From Candidatus Latescibacterota bacterium (lineage in GTDB: Bacteria; Latescibacterota; UBA2968; UBA8231): 64,000 bases of DNA. The notes beneath the pieces were generated by a model. It searched no databases. It was not told the DNA's origin and saw only the letters and a program-made list of their open reading frames with translations. Positions 9,381 to 18,252 of this stretch are shown piece by piece; the stretch's first letter is position 1; each line of letters starts with the position of its first letter. A program made the translations under genes and the position numbers. The DNA lies in the NCBI GenBank assembly GCA_965261395.1, contig OZ253462.1, forward strand, positions 4,896,001-4,960,000, given 5' to 3'.

Positions 9381-11478
9381 CATCATCTTCATCGGCCGAA
9401 GTTTCACAGTAATCCATTTTTCCTTGCCAGTCTTGGGCGAGATGTTTCCAATCCACCTTACGTGAAATGGGTTTGCCTTCCTCATCCTTGCCCACCCATA
9501 CCTCCCAGAACTCTGGGTCGTCGGAGCGAGGTTGCTGTGCCTTGGGCAAGTCATTCATCTTCACTAGGACCGGCAGCTCCGATGCCCAGCCAAGCAAGAT
9601 CGCGCTCTGAGACGGCAGAGAAGGCAGCTCGCGCAGAAGCCCTTGAAGATTGTCCGGGACGAGCCGGTACACCAGCTCCTGATCACGGTCATTGTTGATC
9701 CGGTGGAGGAGAAATGTATTGCACTGAGACAGCACCGTGGGAGAGAGCTCGGACGGCCGTTGAGACGACAGGACCAGCCCCAGTCCAAACTTTCGCCCTT
9801 CACGGGCGATGCGCTCGAAGACCTGACAGCAAATGGTGGCCGCGTCTTGATTTTCGACGTCCTCCCTGTAGCGCTTAATGAACGTGTGCGCCTCTTCCAT
9901 CACCAAGACGGTCGGGAGCGCGACACCGTTCACCTTGACGTAGCGCTGCAGCGCCTCAAAGGTCATGCGAGCGATGACGGCGGTAACAACGTGAACGACT
10001 TCGGTCGGTACAAGCGACAGATCAATCACCGAGACGCAGCCACACTCTGCGTTGTCGGTTCCGATGTAGTCCTGTAACCATCCGTCCAGAGTTGTATCGG
10101 CCGTATCTCCAATGATCGGCTTCATCCGAATATCCGTGAGTAACGCACGGATTCTGACCAACAAGGTTTCGACATACTCGGATACGTTGAGCATCTCTGC
10201 TGCCGCTTCGACGCCACGAAGCAACGAAGCTCCCTCGAAAGGTCGAGGTACATCCATATCCGACGGCAGGATGTCAGATTCCGAACCACCGAAGGCGGAA
10301 TGTGCATCGCTCGTCGTGATCAGTAGGTCCTGAATCTCCGGCCTAGTGAAATCGTAGTGGGGGTACTGTTGGCGACGAGGAGCACAAAGAGTCTCGACTT
10401 TATCCACGAGCGCTTGCAATTTGTCCTTCTGGTCGCCAGAGAAGGATCCCAAGTCAGATTCCAGCCCCACTTTCCACTTCTCCAGTTTCTCGAAAAACGA
10501 TTTCGGCTTTGGATACGTGCCCCACGGACTACCGGTGTTGTACTCAATGCGGATGATCGTCACGAGCGTGCGAAGGAAGCGGCGTATGTCATGGCTCGTA
10601 TCCTCTGTCGATACATCGTGGCCATCACGAACGGAGCGAAGCGCGTGCATGAGGGTTGGGCGCTGTGTTCTCGCGCTTGCCTGGGTGAACGAGCACCACT
10701 CCGCGCTATTCCAGAACCATAGCGGCACCTTCAACGCAAATTCGTCCTCCGCTGGGTCCACCTTGAATACCCGTGCCTTGACGGGATCATCGCCACCGAA
10801 TGCTCGCGAATACTCGCCGTTCGGGTCGAGGACGATGAACCGGGCGTTGGGTTGGCCTTCGTCGCGCTCCTGTTTGGCCTGCTCAAGGCTCCAGCGAATC
10901 AGACCGGCGACCGAGCAGGACTTGCCGCTACCGGTGTTTCCAAGGACGGCGAGATGGCGTCCGAACAAGCGGTTCGGGTCTACGCAAACCTCCGCATCGC
11001 CGGCGAGCGGGCTCGAGCCAATTTTCACGCGGCGCCGTTCACCCGACTCAACGATCGATCGGAGTTGGCTCTCAGTGGGTAACACGACAGGCGCGCCTAC
11101 CGATGGTAGCGCATCGGCCCCGCGTCTGAACACGTATTGCCCATCTGCCACCTGCGTCCGGAGCGTGCCGAGCGGGTTGAGCCTCAGCTTGCGGAGCGGA
11201 TATGGCAGATCCACCAGTCCGAAGTCCTGCATCCCGCGCCGCTTCGGGAAAGCCGACCTTTCGACTGTCAACCACTCGACTTGGCCGACTAGAAAAGCCT
11301 CATCGACAGAGATCAAGAGGTAACCGTTGACCCTGGGGAACGGCCGGGGGCCGTCTGCATGAAGGGTAACGGACTCGGGTGCCTCGATATCAAGAGCAAC
11401 CTTGATCTCGTCCGGAGACACGAAATCCACTGTGCCGATGCGTAGGCTCCCTGCCTGCTCGAAAGGGGTCTGGCTCAT
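9355..11478 (-). CDS. herA: HerA/FtsK-family ATPase (DUF87), SIR2-HerA defence
   Basis: N-terminal HAS-barrel-like region, RHLAVLGNTGSGKS, LDPNGEY, MEEAH, IAREGRKFG, SSQRPSELS; ATGA overlap with SIR2. Confidence 0.9.
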   Translation of the reverse strand: MSQTPFEQAGSLRIGTVDFVSPDEIKVALDIEAPESVTLHADGPRPFPRVNGYLLISVDEAFLVGQVEWLTVERSAFPKRRGMQDFGLVDLPYPLRKLRLNPLGTLRTQVADGQYVFRRGADALPSVGAPVVLPTESQLRSIVESGERRRVKIGSSPLAGDAEVCVDPNRLFGRHLAVLGNTGSGKSCSVAGLIRWSLEQAKQERDEGQPNARFIVLDPNGEYSRAFGGDDPVKARVFKVDPAEDEFALKVPLWFWNSAEWCSFTQASARTQRPTLMHALRSVRDGHDVSTEDTSHDIRRFLRTLVTIIRIEYNTGSPWGTYPKPKSFFEKLEKWKVGLESDLGSFSGDQKDKLQALVDKVETLCAPRRQQYPHYDFTRPEIQDLLITTSDAHSAFGGSESDILPSDMDVPRPFEGASLLRGVEAAAEMLNVSEYVETLLVRIRALLTDIRMKPIIGDTADTTLDGWLQDYIGTDNAECGCVSVIDLSLVPTEVVHVVTAVIARMTFEALQRYVKVNGVALPTVLVMEEAHTFIKRYREDVENQDAATICCQVFERIAREGRKFGLGLVLSSQRPSELSPTVLSQCNTFLLHRINNDRDQELVYRLVPDNLQGLLRELPSLPSQSAILLGWASELPVLVKMNDLPKAQQPRSDDPEFWEVWVGKDEEGKPISRKVDWKHLAQDWQGKMDYCETSADEDDEISRNQHP

Positions 11479-12911
11479 TGCACTTGGCCCTCCTCTTTCG
11501 CCGGAGGCATTTCTTTTCTGTCCCCGTCGTCCGGCCCGGTACCCCAGCGAGCCTTGAGTAGCTCCGACATGCGGAAGGTCGTGCGGTCGATCGCGGGCTT
11601 CGGCAGGTAGTTGTCGACGAGGGTTGGGAGGTCGCCGAGATGGTCACCGATCAAGAGCGTGATCTGGGCGTGTCTGCCCAGCCGTTCGTACGTACTAATG
11701 ATGCGGTCGAGGGGGTCGTCATAGGCGATGACCACTAGGTGCGCCGACGGGATCGTGAGCATGTCCTCAATCACCCGATTGATGTGCTCATCGCCGAAGC
11801 TGTAACCGTAGCAGACCACGGTGCTGTTCGGTCTGCAGATGGACGCAGCGAAGTCCCTAAACAACTCGACATAGGGGTACGCGGTCGTCTCCCGGTCCTT
11901 GGCGGCGTTGGGGTAGATCATGAGGCGCGCTGCATCGGAATCTTTCAGACCAGGAGCGGAAAGGAAGGGGGTGGTGTCCGTAGCACCGAAAGGCAGACCG
12001 AGCCGCCGGATTGCACCGTCACAGTCGAGCCAATCGACCGAGCCGTGCAGCTTGGTGAAACGCACTACTCCCTCGAGATAGCGTGGCTCGCCGCGGATGC
12101 CGGGTGGGTTGTAATGCAGATCCACGTCTAGCCGTGACGCACGGAAAATGGGTGCCAGGGTTCCCACGAATCGGTCAATGAGTCGTAGCCCTGCAGCATC
12201 CGCGCCCGCCTCAATGTAGCGATCATAGTTCGTCGTGAAGAGCTGTAACCGTTCGCGGGTCCCAGAACGACTGGCGAAACTCATCAGGAAGCTGACGAGA
12301 TAGTTGAACGCCTGCTCGCGCTGCTCAGTAGCCGCCGACACGAGGCTTCGTTCGCCTTCTAGGATGGAGCCCGCGAATGATTGGAGAGCTTCCGTCAAGT
12401 CGGATCGCAGGGCCGACACTTGTTTGCCCTCGGGGTCATCCTCCGACTTCGCCGATGCGACAATCTCCAGGCCACGAAGCAACTCGGTCGCGACTCGGAT
12501 CTGGTCCTCAAAGTTTCCGTATTCCCGTCCCACGGCTTTGGCTGTACGCTCTACTTCTTTTGCGATTTCGTTGTTTAGACACTTAAAGTCGATGGGACTC
12601 ATTCCGGGCAGCGTACTCGTTGTCGCCAATCCGTGAACAGCGTGTGTCAGCCCCGACCCGACCAACAAAGACAGGTGCTCGGATTGGACCAACGCCGTCA
12701 GCCATGGCTCGATTCGAGACCGTAGCTCTTTTGTACCAAATCGTTCATCTTTCTTTGCCCACGCGCAGGTAGATGATTCCGAAAGTGTAAACGGACGTGA
12801 TTCTTCAGTTGACGGATCTACACCTCCAAAAAATATGGGGCCTGTGTCATCCCTACACTTAATAATTTGCTTAGCCACTGGTTGAACCTCTACACCTGCT
12901 TGATCGCTCAT
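11475..12911 (-). CDS. SIR2-family (SIR2_2) NADase-like protein
   Basis: LLVGSGL, FTTNYD, KLHGSVDW, IYP, GYSFGDEHIN; ATGA overlap with the Mod stop. Confidence 0.9.
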   Translation of the reverse strand: MSDQAGVEVQPVAKQIIKCRDDTGPIFFGGVDPSTEESRPFTLSESSTCAWAKKDERFGTKELRSRIEPWLTALVQSEHLSLLVGSGLTHAVHGLATTSTLPGMSPIDFKCLNNEIAKEVERTAKAVGREYGNFEDQIRVATELLRGLEIVASAKSEDDPEGKQVSALRSDLTEALQSFAGSILEGERSLVSAATEQREQAFNYLVSFLMSFASRSGTRERLQLFTTNYDRYIEAGADAAGLRLIDRFVGTLAPIFRASRLDVDLHYNPPGIRGEPRYLEGVVRFTKLHGSVDWLDCDGAIRRLGLPFGATDTTPFLSAPGLKDSDAARLMIYPNAAKDRETTAYPYVELFRDFAASICRPNSTVVCYGYSFGDEHINRVIEDMLTIPSAHLVVIAYDDPLDRIISTYERLGRHAQITLLIGDHLGDLPTLVDNYLPKPAIDRTTFRMSELLKARWGTGPDDGDRKEMPPAKEEGQVQ

Positions 12912-15706
12912 TTTGTTCCTCCATCCACCCGAAACACCTTCATCACCTCGTCCCCCAAGTGATTGATCACCTTCACCGCAATGCGGCCGGACGTCGGCTT
13001 GGCGAAAGGTCGGGAGGTGTCGCTGTGGAGGGTTTCCCAGGCTTCTTGGTTGACCTCGGCCTTGAGCGTCGTCCGCAGCGATTTGTACGGGTCGCTAGCG
13101 CCGAGGAAATAGGCGTGGCGGACGAAGAAGCTTTCCTCGTTGTAGTCGGTATCGACGAACCAGCAGGCGATGCCGTCGGCGCTGTCGCTGCGGATTTCGC
13201 CGGTGTTCGGATGGAATACGTCCACGCCGTTGACCTTGACTTGGATTTGGCTGTCCTCCGCGTCGAGGATGTCGATGTCCGGCTCGCCGAAGATGACGAA
13301 GAGGTTGCCTTTGCCGGTGTTTTTGAGGTCGTCGGCCATGTGGAGGTCGGCGTTCATGCGGGCCTTGAGGACTGGGACGCGGCCGAGTTTGTTGAACTCC
13401 GAGGCGTGGGCGTCGTAGTTGAAGGCGCAGGCGACCAGCACGTCGAAGTCGGCATCGGCGGCCTCGCGCACCGCCAACACGAGATCGGGGCGGGAGACGG
13501 TGCCGAATTCCGGGCCGACGAAGATGCCGGCGCGTTTTTCAGCGCCCGAGTCGCCGTTGCCTTCGACGTAGGTTCCCTCGGCGCAGACGTGGTAGCCGGG
13601 CCAGGGTCTGATCCCGGAAAACGAGATGCGGTCTTCTTTGTGCGCCTGTTGGACGCCGGAGGTTTTGAGATTGTCGAGGATCATCTCGGCGAAGTCCTGC
13701 TTTTCGCCGTACCCTAACTTGGCTTCGGCGACGTTGTCGATGAGTTCGTCGTTTTCATCGACGCCTAACAGGCGGTGCGGCGACAGGCTTTCCACCGTAA
13801 ACGGGCCGGCGACGCGGACTTTTTTGTTGTCTTCGTAGGGCTTGTCGTAGAGGTATTCGTAGTCGGCTTTGGCGGCGATGGAGGCGTCGATTTCCTTTTG
13901 CCGGGCGATGCGCTGTTCCCACCAATCCGCGTGAATTCTTCTGACCTCCTCGGGCCAAGCGGCGTCGGCGTCGCGGGGGATTTCCCATTCCTCGTAGGAT
14001 GTGCCGAGCGCGTCGTTCAATTCCCGACGCAGCGGCTCCAGCGTTTCTTGGAATTTCTCCCAGATTACGTCGATTTCGGCGTTGTGGGCGATGGACTTGA
14101 GGGTGACATGGGGGACGCGCTCGTACACGAAGCCTTGGCGGATGTCGTTGTACGTGGGCGCTTCCGAGGGGGCCTTGCGGGCGAGCGCGGCTTCTTTGAT
14201 TTGGCCGTCGCGGCTGTCGGCGAGCAAATAGTAGGGATAGCGTGCGCCCATGATGCGGGCGCGGGCCAGCGCGAGGGCGACGCGGGAAGTGTCGATGGTG
14301 ATCCAGCGGCGGCCCCACTGCTCGGCGACGTACGCGGTGGTGCCGGAGCCGCAGGTGGGGTCGAGGACGAGGTCGCCGGGGTCGGTAGTCATTAGGACGC
14401 AGCGTTGTATGACCTCCGAACTCGTCTGGACCACGTACCATTTGTCAGATGCTGCTCCAGTGTCTACCCAAGTATCCGTAATTTCGCTAACTGGATAATC
14501 CTCATGGTACAAAATATAACGCACGGTTGATCTTGTCGGATACAACCTATCGGCTTTCTCAAGCCGTCTCATTCCATCTTCTGTAGTCTTCCAAGATTTG
14601 TTGCCCCCAGGCCAATATTGTTGGCCATGAACATTTGCACGGTATACGCAACTTTCCGTGCGTCCTGCACTCAGCATGCTAAGATTGAAGAGGTAACGTG
14701 CGTCATGAGGAACACTGTCTTTCCCTTCACTCTCTTTCTTTCTCATGCTTCGAATAGTTCCATCAACCAGTCGAAGAGATGTGAAGGCCCCCTGCCCAGC
14801 ATTCTTTTGGGTGAACAACCTTCTAAATTTCAGAACATCGCGATTCTTAGAATAGAAAAGCAGGAAATTAAGCGTTCCAGGGATATAAGAGGCACCTAAT
14901 GGAACGCTTGTCCGGAATACAATTAGTGAAACGAAATTCTCCTCCCCAAACACCTCGTCCATCAACGCCCGCACCCGATGCACATTCTCGTCCCCAATCT
15001 GCACGAATACCGACCCGCTCTCCGTCAACAAATCCCGCGCCACCGTCAGCCGATCCCGCAAATACGTCAAATACGAATGAATCCCATCCCGCCACGTATC
15101 CCGAAACGCCTTCACCTGCTCCGGCTCCCGCGTGATGTGATCCGCGTTGCCGTCCTTGACGTCGCGGCTGGTCGTTGACCACTGGAAGTTGGAGTTAAAC
15201 TTGATACCGTAGGGCGGGTCGATGTAGATGCACTGCACCTTGCCGCGCAGCCCCTCCCGCTCCGCCAGCGACGCCATCACCTGCAAGCTATCCCCGAGAA
15301 TCATCCGATTCGACCAGTTGGCGTCGTGCTGGTAAAACTCCGTCTGCGCGTCCGCACTCGGCAGCCCGTTAAAATCCGCGAACAAATCGGCCTGCAAGCT
15401 CGATTCGCCGTCCCCCGTCTCCTTGCTCCGCTGCCGCAAATCGTCAATCAACACCTTCGGATGCACCTTCTCCTGAATGAACAGCGGCGGCGCTTGCACC
15501 ACCAAATCCGACCAGTTCTGCTCATCCTTCCCACGCCAAACAAGCTGCGGATCCAGATCCCGATTGCGCCGCTCATACGCGACCTTAATCGGATTCCGGT
15601 CGTCCTCCGCCATCACCGCCTGATACTCAGCCGTGGGAATATTCTTCCGCGATGCATCCTGGTGCCGCAGGGTTTCAACAGTCTTGGTCGATTTTCGTTT
15701 CGCCAT
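12908..15706 (-). CDS. Type III-like Mod site-specific DNA amino-methyltransferase (beta class)
   Basis: ILGDSL, YIDPPY (motif IV) before a variable TRD, then VLDPTCGSGTT (motif I); long C-terminal extension. Confidence 0.92.
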   Translation of the reverse strand: MAKRKSTKTVETLRHQDASRKNIPTAEYQAVMAEDDRNPIKVAYERRNRDLDPQLVWRGKDEQNWSDLVVQAPPLFIQEKVHPKVLIDDLRQRSKETGDGESSLQADLFADFNGLPSADAQTEFYQHDANWSNRMILGDSLQVMASLAEREGLRGKVQCIYIDPPYGIKFNSNFQWSTTSRDVKDGNADHITREPEQVKAFRDTWRDGIHSYLTYLRDRLTVARDLLTESGSVFVQIGDENVHRVRALMDEVFGEENFVSLIVFRTSVPLGASYIPGTLNFLLFYSKNRDVLKFRRLFTQKNAGQGAFTSLRLVDGTIRSMRKKESEGKDSVPHDARYLFNLSMLSAGRTESCVYRANVHGQQYWPGGNKSWKTTEDGMRRLEKADRLYPTRSTVRYILYHEDYPVSEITDTWVDTGAASDKWYVVQTSSEVIQRCVLMTTDPGDLVLDPTCGSGTTAYVAEQWGRRWITIDTSRVALALARARIMGARYPYYLLADSRDGQIKEAALARKAPSEAPTYNDIRQGFVYERVPHVTLKSIAHNAEIDVIWEKFQETLEPLRRELNDALGTSYEEWEIPRDADAAWPEEVRRIHADWWEQRIARQKEIDASIAAKADYEYLYDKPYEDNKKVRVAGPFTVESLSPHRLLGVDENDELIDNVAEAKLGYGEKQDFAEMILDNLKTSGVQQAHKEDRISFSGIRPWPGYHVCAEGTYVEGNGDSGAEKRAGIFVGPEFGTVSRPDLVLAVREAADADFDVLVACAFNYDAHASEFNKLGRVPVLKARMNADLHMADDLKNTGKGNLFVIFGEPDIDILDAEDSQIQVKVNGVDVFHPNTGEIRSDSADGIACWFVDTDYNEESFFVRHAYFLGASDPYKSLRTTLKAEVNQEAWETLHSDTSRPFAKPTSGRIAVKVINHLGDEVMKVFRVDGGTK

Positions 15707-15778
15707 TTATACGGAGTCCTCGCTGGTCGTGTTCAACAGGGCTTTTTCGCTAAAGTCGATCATGTGAATATCAAACAT
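15707..15778 (-). pseudogene. Internally deleted HEPN (DUF86/HepT-like) toxin remnant
   Basis: 23-codon ORF MFDIHMIDFSEKALLNTTSEDSV* overlaps the MNT stop (AATGTTTGA) and abuts the Mod ATG; MIDFSEKAL resembles the DUF86 N-terminal helix. Confidence 0.5.
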
Positions 15779-16061
15779 TGACCATCTCCCGTTCTATATA
15801 TGGACGCATCTCCGCCCGCAGCGCTTTGTCCGTTACCAGATCAACCGGACACCCCAGCAGATCTTCAATATAGAACTGAACACCAAAATACCGCTTTGAC
15901 GTCGCTGGCGAATCGAACCGTACTAGGATGTCCACATCGCTGTCGTCCGTGGCTTGGTCGCGGACGATTGACCCGAATAAGGCGAGATCCACGACGCCGA
16001 AACGCTGCACAAGGGTCGCCTTGTGCGCTCGGAGCACGTTCAGGACTTCATCTCTGTTCAT
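15771..16061 (-). CDS. Minimal nucleotidyltransferase (MNT/MntA-like antitoxin)
   Basis: 96 aa; LALFGS.VRD.A..DSDVDILV, EDLLG.PVDLVT. Confidence 0.9.
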   Translation of the reverse strand: MNRDEVLNVLRAHKATLVQRFGVVDLALFGSIVRDQATDDSDVDILVRFDSPATSKRYFGVQFYIEDLLGCPVDLVTDKALRAEMRPYIEREMVNV

Positions 16062-16612
16062 TGATCAGTCTCCCCTTGATTCTGTCCAAGCGCGGCGAGC
16101 CGAGTCCACTCAAAACGGACCTCAAGCTCTCGCAGCATCGCAAAAGTATCGCGGTAGGCGACGTCGAACTGACGGCAGACGTTAGGTATCGGCACCCTTT
16201 TTCTCACGTCCGCATTGAATACTTCGTGAGTAACTACGACTGCGTCATGGACTCTTGCATAGGCCACAACCCATCCATCGGCTGCTCTTGCGAACTCCTC
16301 TTTTGCTTCAGGTAGAAACTGGCTATTCCCTTGAACCCAATTCATCATTTCCGTGAAAGCGTCTATAACCGATTTTTCTGCTGACGATACGAATAGATTG
16401 TCCGGTGCCTGCTTCACCCATTCAGACAGTTGATCTTGGCTAATCAGCACTTCGTCGCGAACCCGATCAATGCTGAACACCCGCCGTTCGTGGCAATGAT
16501 GGGTCAGGCATTCCCAGAATCCCGGACACAGGTCTTGCGCGTAATAGCGGCGATGCGCTTCTATGAAGATATTCGCATCGAGCACGAACGAGGAAATACC
16601 TTGGTTCGTCAC
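16058..16612 (-). CDS. DUF4411 family PIN-domain protein
   Basis: FVLDANIFIEA...YY....PGFW, ADGWVVAYA, VVTHE, IPNVC; ATGA overlap with ImmA. Confidence 0.85.
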   Translation of the reverse strand: MTNQGISSFVLDANIFIEAHRRYYAQDLCPGFWECLTHHCHERRVFSIDRVRDEVLISQDQLSEWVKQAPDNLFVSSAEKSVIDAFTEMMNWVQGNSQFLPEAKEEFARAADGWVVAYARVHDAVVVTHEVFNADVRKRVPIPNVCRQFDVAYRDTFAMLRELEVRFEWTRLAALGQNQGETDQ

Positions 16613-17772
16613 TGCGATATTTCCATCTTTTTCGGCATGTTCTCAAAGGCTTCTCCCTTAAGACCGGTGAGATTGTACGCCTCGCGATAGGGCAAACGAC
16701 CCTCTCCGACCGCACGAACTATTGCAGAGGCAAAGCGAGGACCAATGCGCCACTTCTGAGTGTTCCAAAAGTGGCCTCCACTTCCCTGACGCTGCTGATC
16801 GCTGCGCCATCCATCGACCCCTCGGTTGTAGAAGCGGAAAAACTCATCCCTGTCGATCAAATCGAGATCGAGTGCCCGGCGCGCGGCCACGATAGAACTC
16901 ACCTTGAACCTGTGGGCAATAGCCTGATAAGGATCATTCGTTCGTCGGGCACTAGGCCAGAAAGCGAGTAGCTCTTCCTCCGGTATCAGGAATTCAGCAG
17001 CGGCCTTGTTGCAAAACTGCTCGGTTTCATCCGATGGCGGTTGTAGGGCTTCTAAATTGGAGACACCGCTCTGGGCTATGAAGAGGTGAGCTAGTTCGTG
17101 AGCTAGGGTAAACATCTGCGCCGCCATGAAATCGGCGCTATTCACAAAAACGAGCGGAGCATACTCATCCACGAGGGCGAAGCCCTGAAATTCATCGGGG
17201 TCCAGCTTTCGATACACGTTATTGCCCACTACGCCACTGAACGACACCAGCACTCCGGCGGTATCAACCAAGTGTCGCAGATGCCGTAGCGCATCGTTCC
17301 AAGTACCTAGCTCTTCTGCCCAATTTTCGGTAAGCTGCAGCGCATCGCGCATGGTAGCCCCAACTTGCCGAGGATGGGCATCCGTGCTGTAGGCTCCGAT
17401 GAAATCCAGTGGTTCAGCACCGCCTTCGATAAGCTCATCGCGCATCCATGCTTGGCGCCGCTGCATAAGGTAAATGGTTTCGAGTAGATCGGAACTCGGA
17501 GGCGGAGCATTATCTCGGGTGCGAAAGTCGGGTATTGGCAAGCGCTCTTCGGGCGGCTCTGTCAAGTACAGAAATCCCAGAGCGGTATGAGTGCGTTGGG
17601 CAAGTCTGTCGGCCTGTGCAACACTGATCTTGCCATTGCGTTCCCACTCCAACACGCGCTCCGGGCTCACGTTTAGCTTGCGCGCCAGCTCCGGGCGATC
17701 AAAGCCTGCCCGCTCTCGCGCCCACCGCAGCACTTCAGGTTGCAATGTTATCTGCAAACGTCGGCTGGTCAT
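16609..17772 (-). CDS. XRE-HTH plus ImmA/IrrE (M78) metallopeptidase
   Basis: N-terminal VLRWARERAG...LA....VLEWE HTH; FTLAHELAH zinc motif; E.FCN..AAEFL.P. Confidence 0.9.
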   Translation of the reverse strand: MTSRRLQITLQPEVLRWARERAGFDRPELARKLNVSPERVLEWERNGKISVAQADRLAQRTHTALGFLYLTEPPEERLPIPDFRTRDNAPPPSSDLLETIYLMQRRQAWMRDELIEGGAEPLDFIGAYSTDAHPRQVGATMRDALQLTENWAEELGTWNDALRHLRHLVDTAGVLVSFSGVVGNNVYRKLDPDEFQGFALVDEYAPLVFVNSADFMAAQMFTLAHELAHLFIAQSGVSNLEALQPPSDETEQFCNKAAAEFLIPEEELLAFWPSARRTNDPYQAIAHRFKVSSIVAARRALDLDLIDRDEFFRFYNRGVDGWRSDQQRQGSGGHFWNTQKWRIGPRFASAIVRAVGEGRLPYREAYNLTGLKGEAFENMPKKMEISQ

Positions 17773-17819
17773 GGTTCACGTAACCTCTGGCTTAATATGG
17801 ATTCGTCGAAGCTCGGGGA

Positions 17820-18110
17820 TCAGGAAGGCTCCATCACATCGGCCATGGCTTGTTTGATCGTTTTCGCATCTACCCCGTGGTTTTGCAGACTTTCGACGAA
17901 TAGTTCAAGTCCAGGGCTGTTTTCCAATCGCACGAGATCCTGACGAAGACCTTGGCCGATATAGGCTCGAATGAGCGGTTGATAGCCGGAGAATCCCAAT
18001 TGAGGAGCGATTCGTTTAAGATCTTCAATTACATCCTCCGGCATGCGAATGCTCACGGGAACCATCGTCCGATTCTTGTTCAGTCGTTTCCGCAACTCAT
18101 CGCTCTTCAT
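17820..18110 (-). CDS. BrnA/CopG-like antitoxin
   Basis: MKSDELRKRL...VSIRMPEDVIEDLKRIA..LG..GYQPLIRAYI ribbon-helix-helix pattern. Confidence 0.75.
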   Translation of the reverse strand: MKSDELRKRLNKNRTMVPVSIRMPEDVIEDLKRIAPQLGFSGYQPLIRAYIGQGLRQDLVRLENSPGLELFVESLQNHGVDAKTIKQAMADVMEPS

Positions 18111-18197
18111 AGCTCTTTCTCTCAGTTGGCGTTGCCGGCCGCGCAGTTTCAATGTTGGCTTCTGCCCGATACCATGACGCCGAATCGTTACGTCCAT
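18097..18197 (-). pseudogene. Internally deleted BrnT toxin remnant
   Basis: MDVTIRRHGI, then in a shifted frame AEANIE and ARPATPTERKSYEER*. BrnT-like N- and C-termini remain; the FEWD and catalytic core are missing. Confidence 0.65.
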
Positions 18198-18208
18198 ATC
18201 CAGATTCA

Positions 18209-18237
18209 AACTTACGATGGTGTATATACATTATCAA
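18209..18237 (-). promoter_or_regulatory. Promoter with palindromic operator for the brnTA remnant
   Basis: TTGATA-N17-TAAGTT on the minus strand, with perfect palindrome TGTATATACA (18221-18230) in the spacer. Confidence 0.6.
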
Positions 18238-18252
18238 TACAATGTTCGATCC

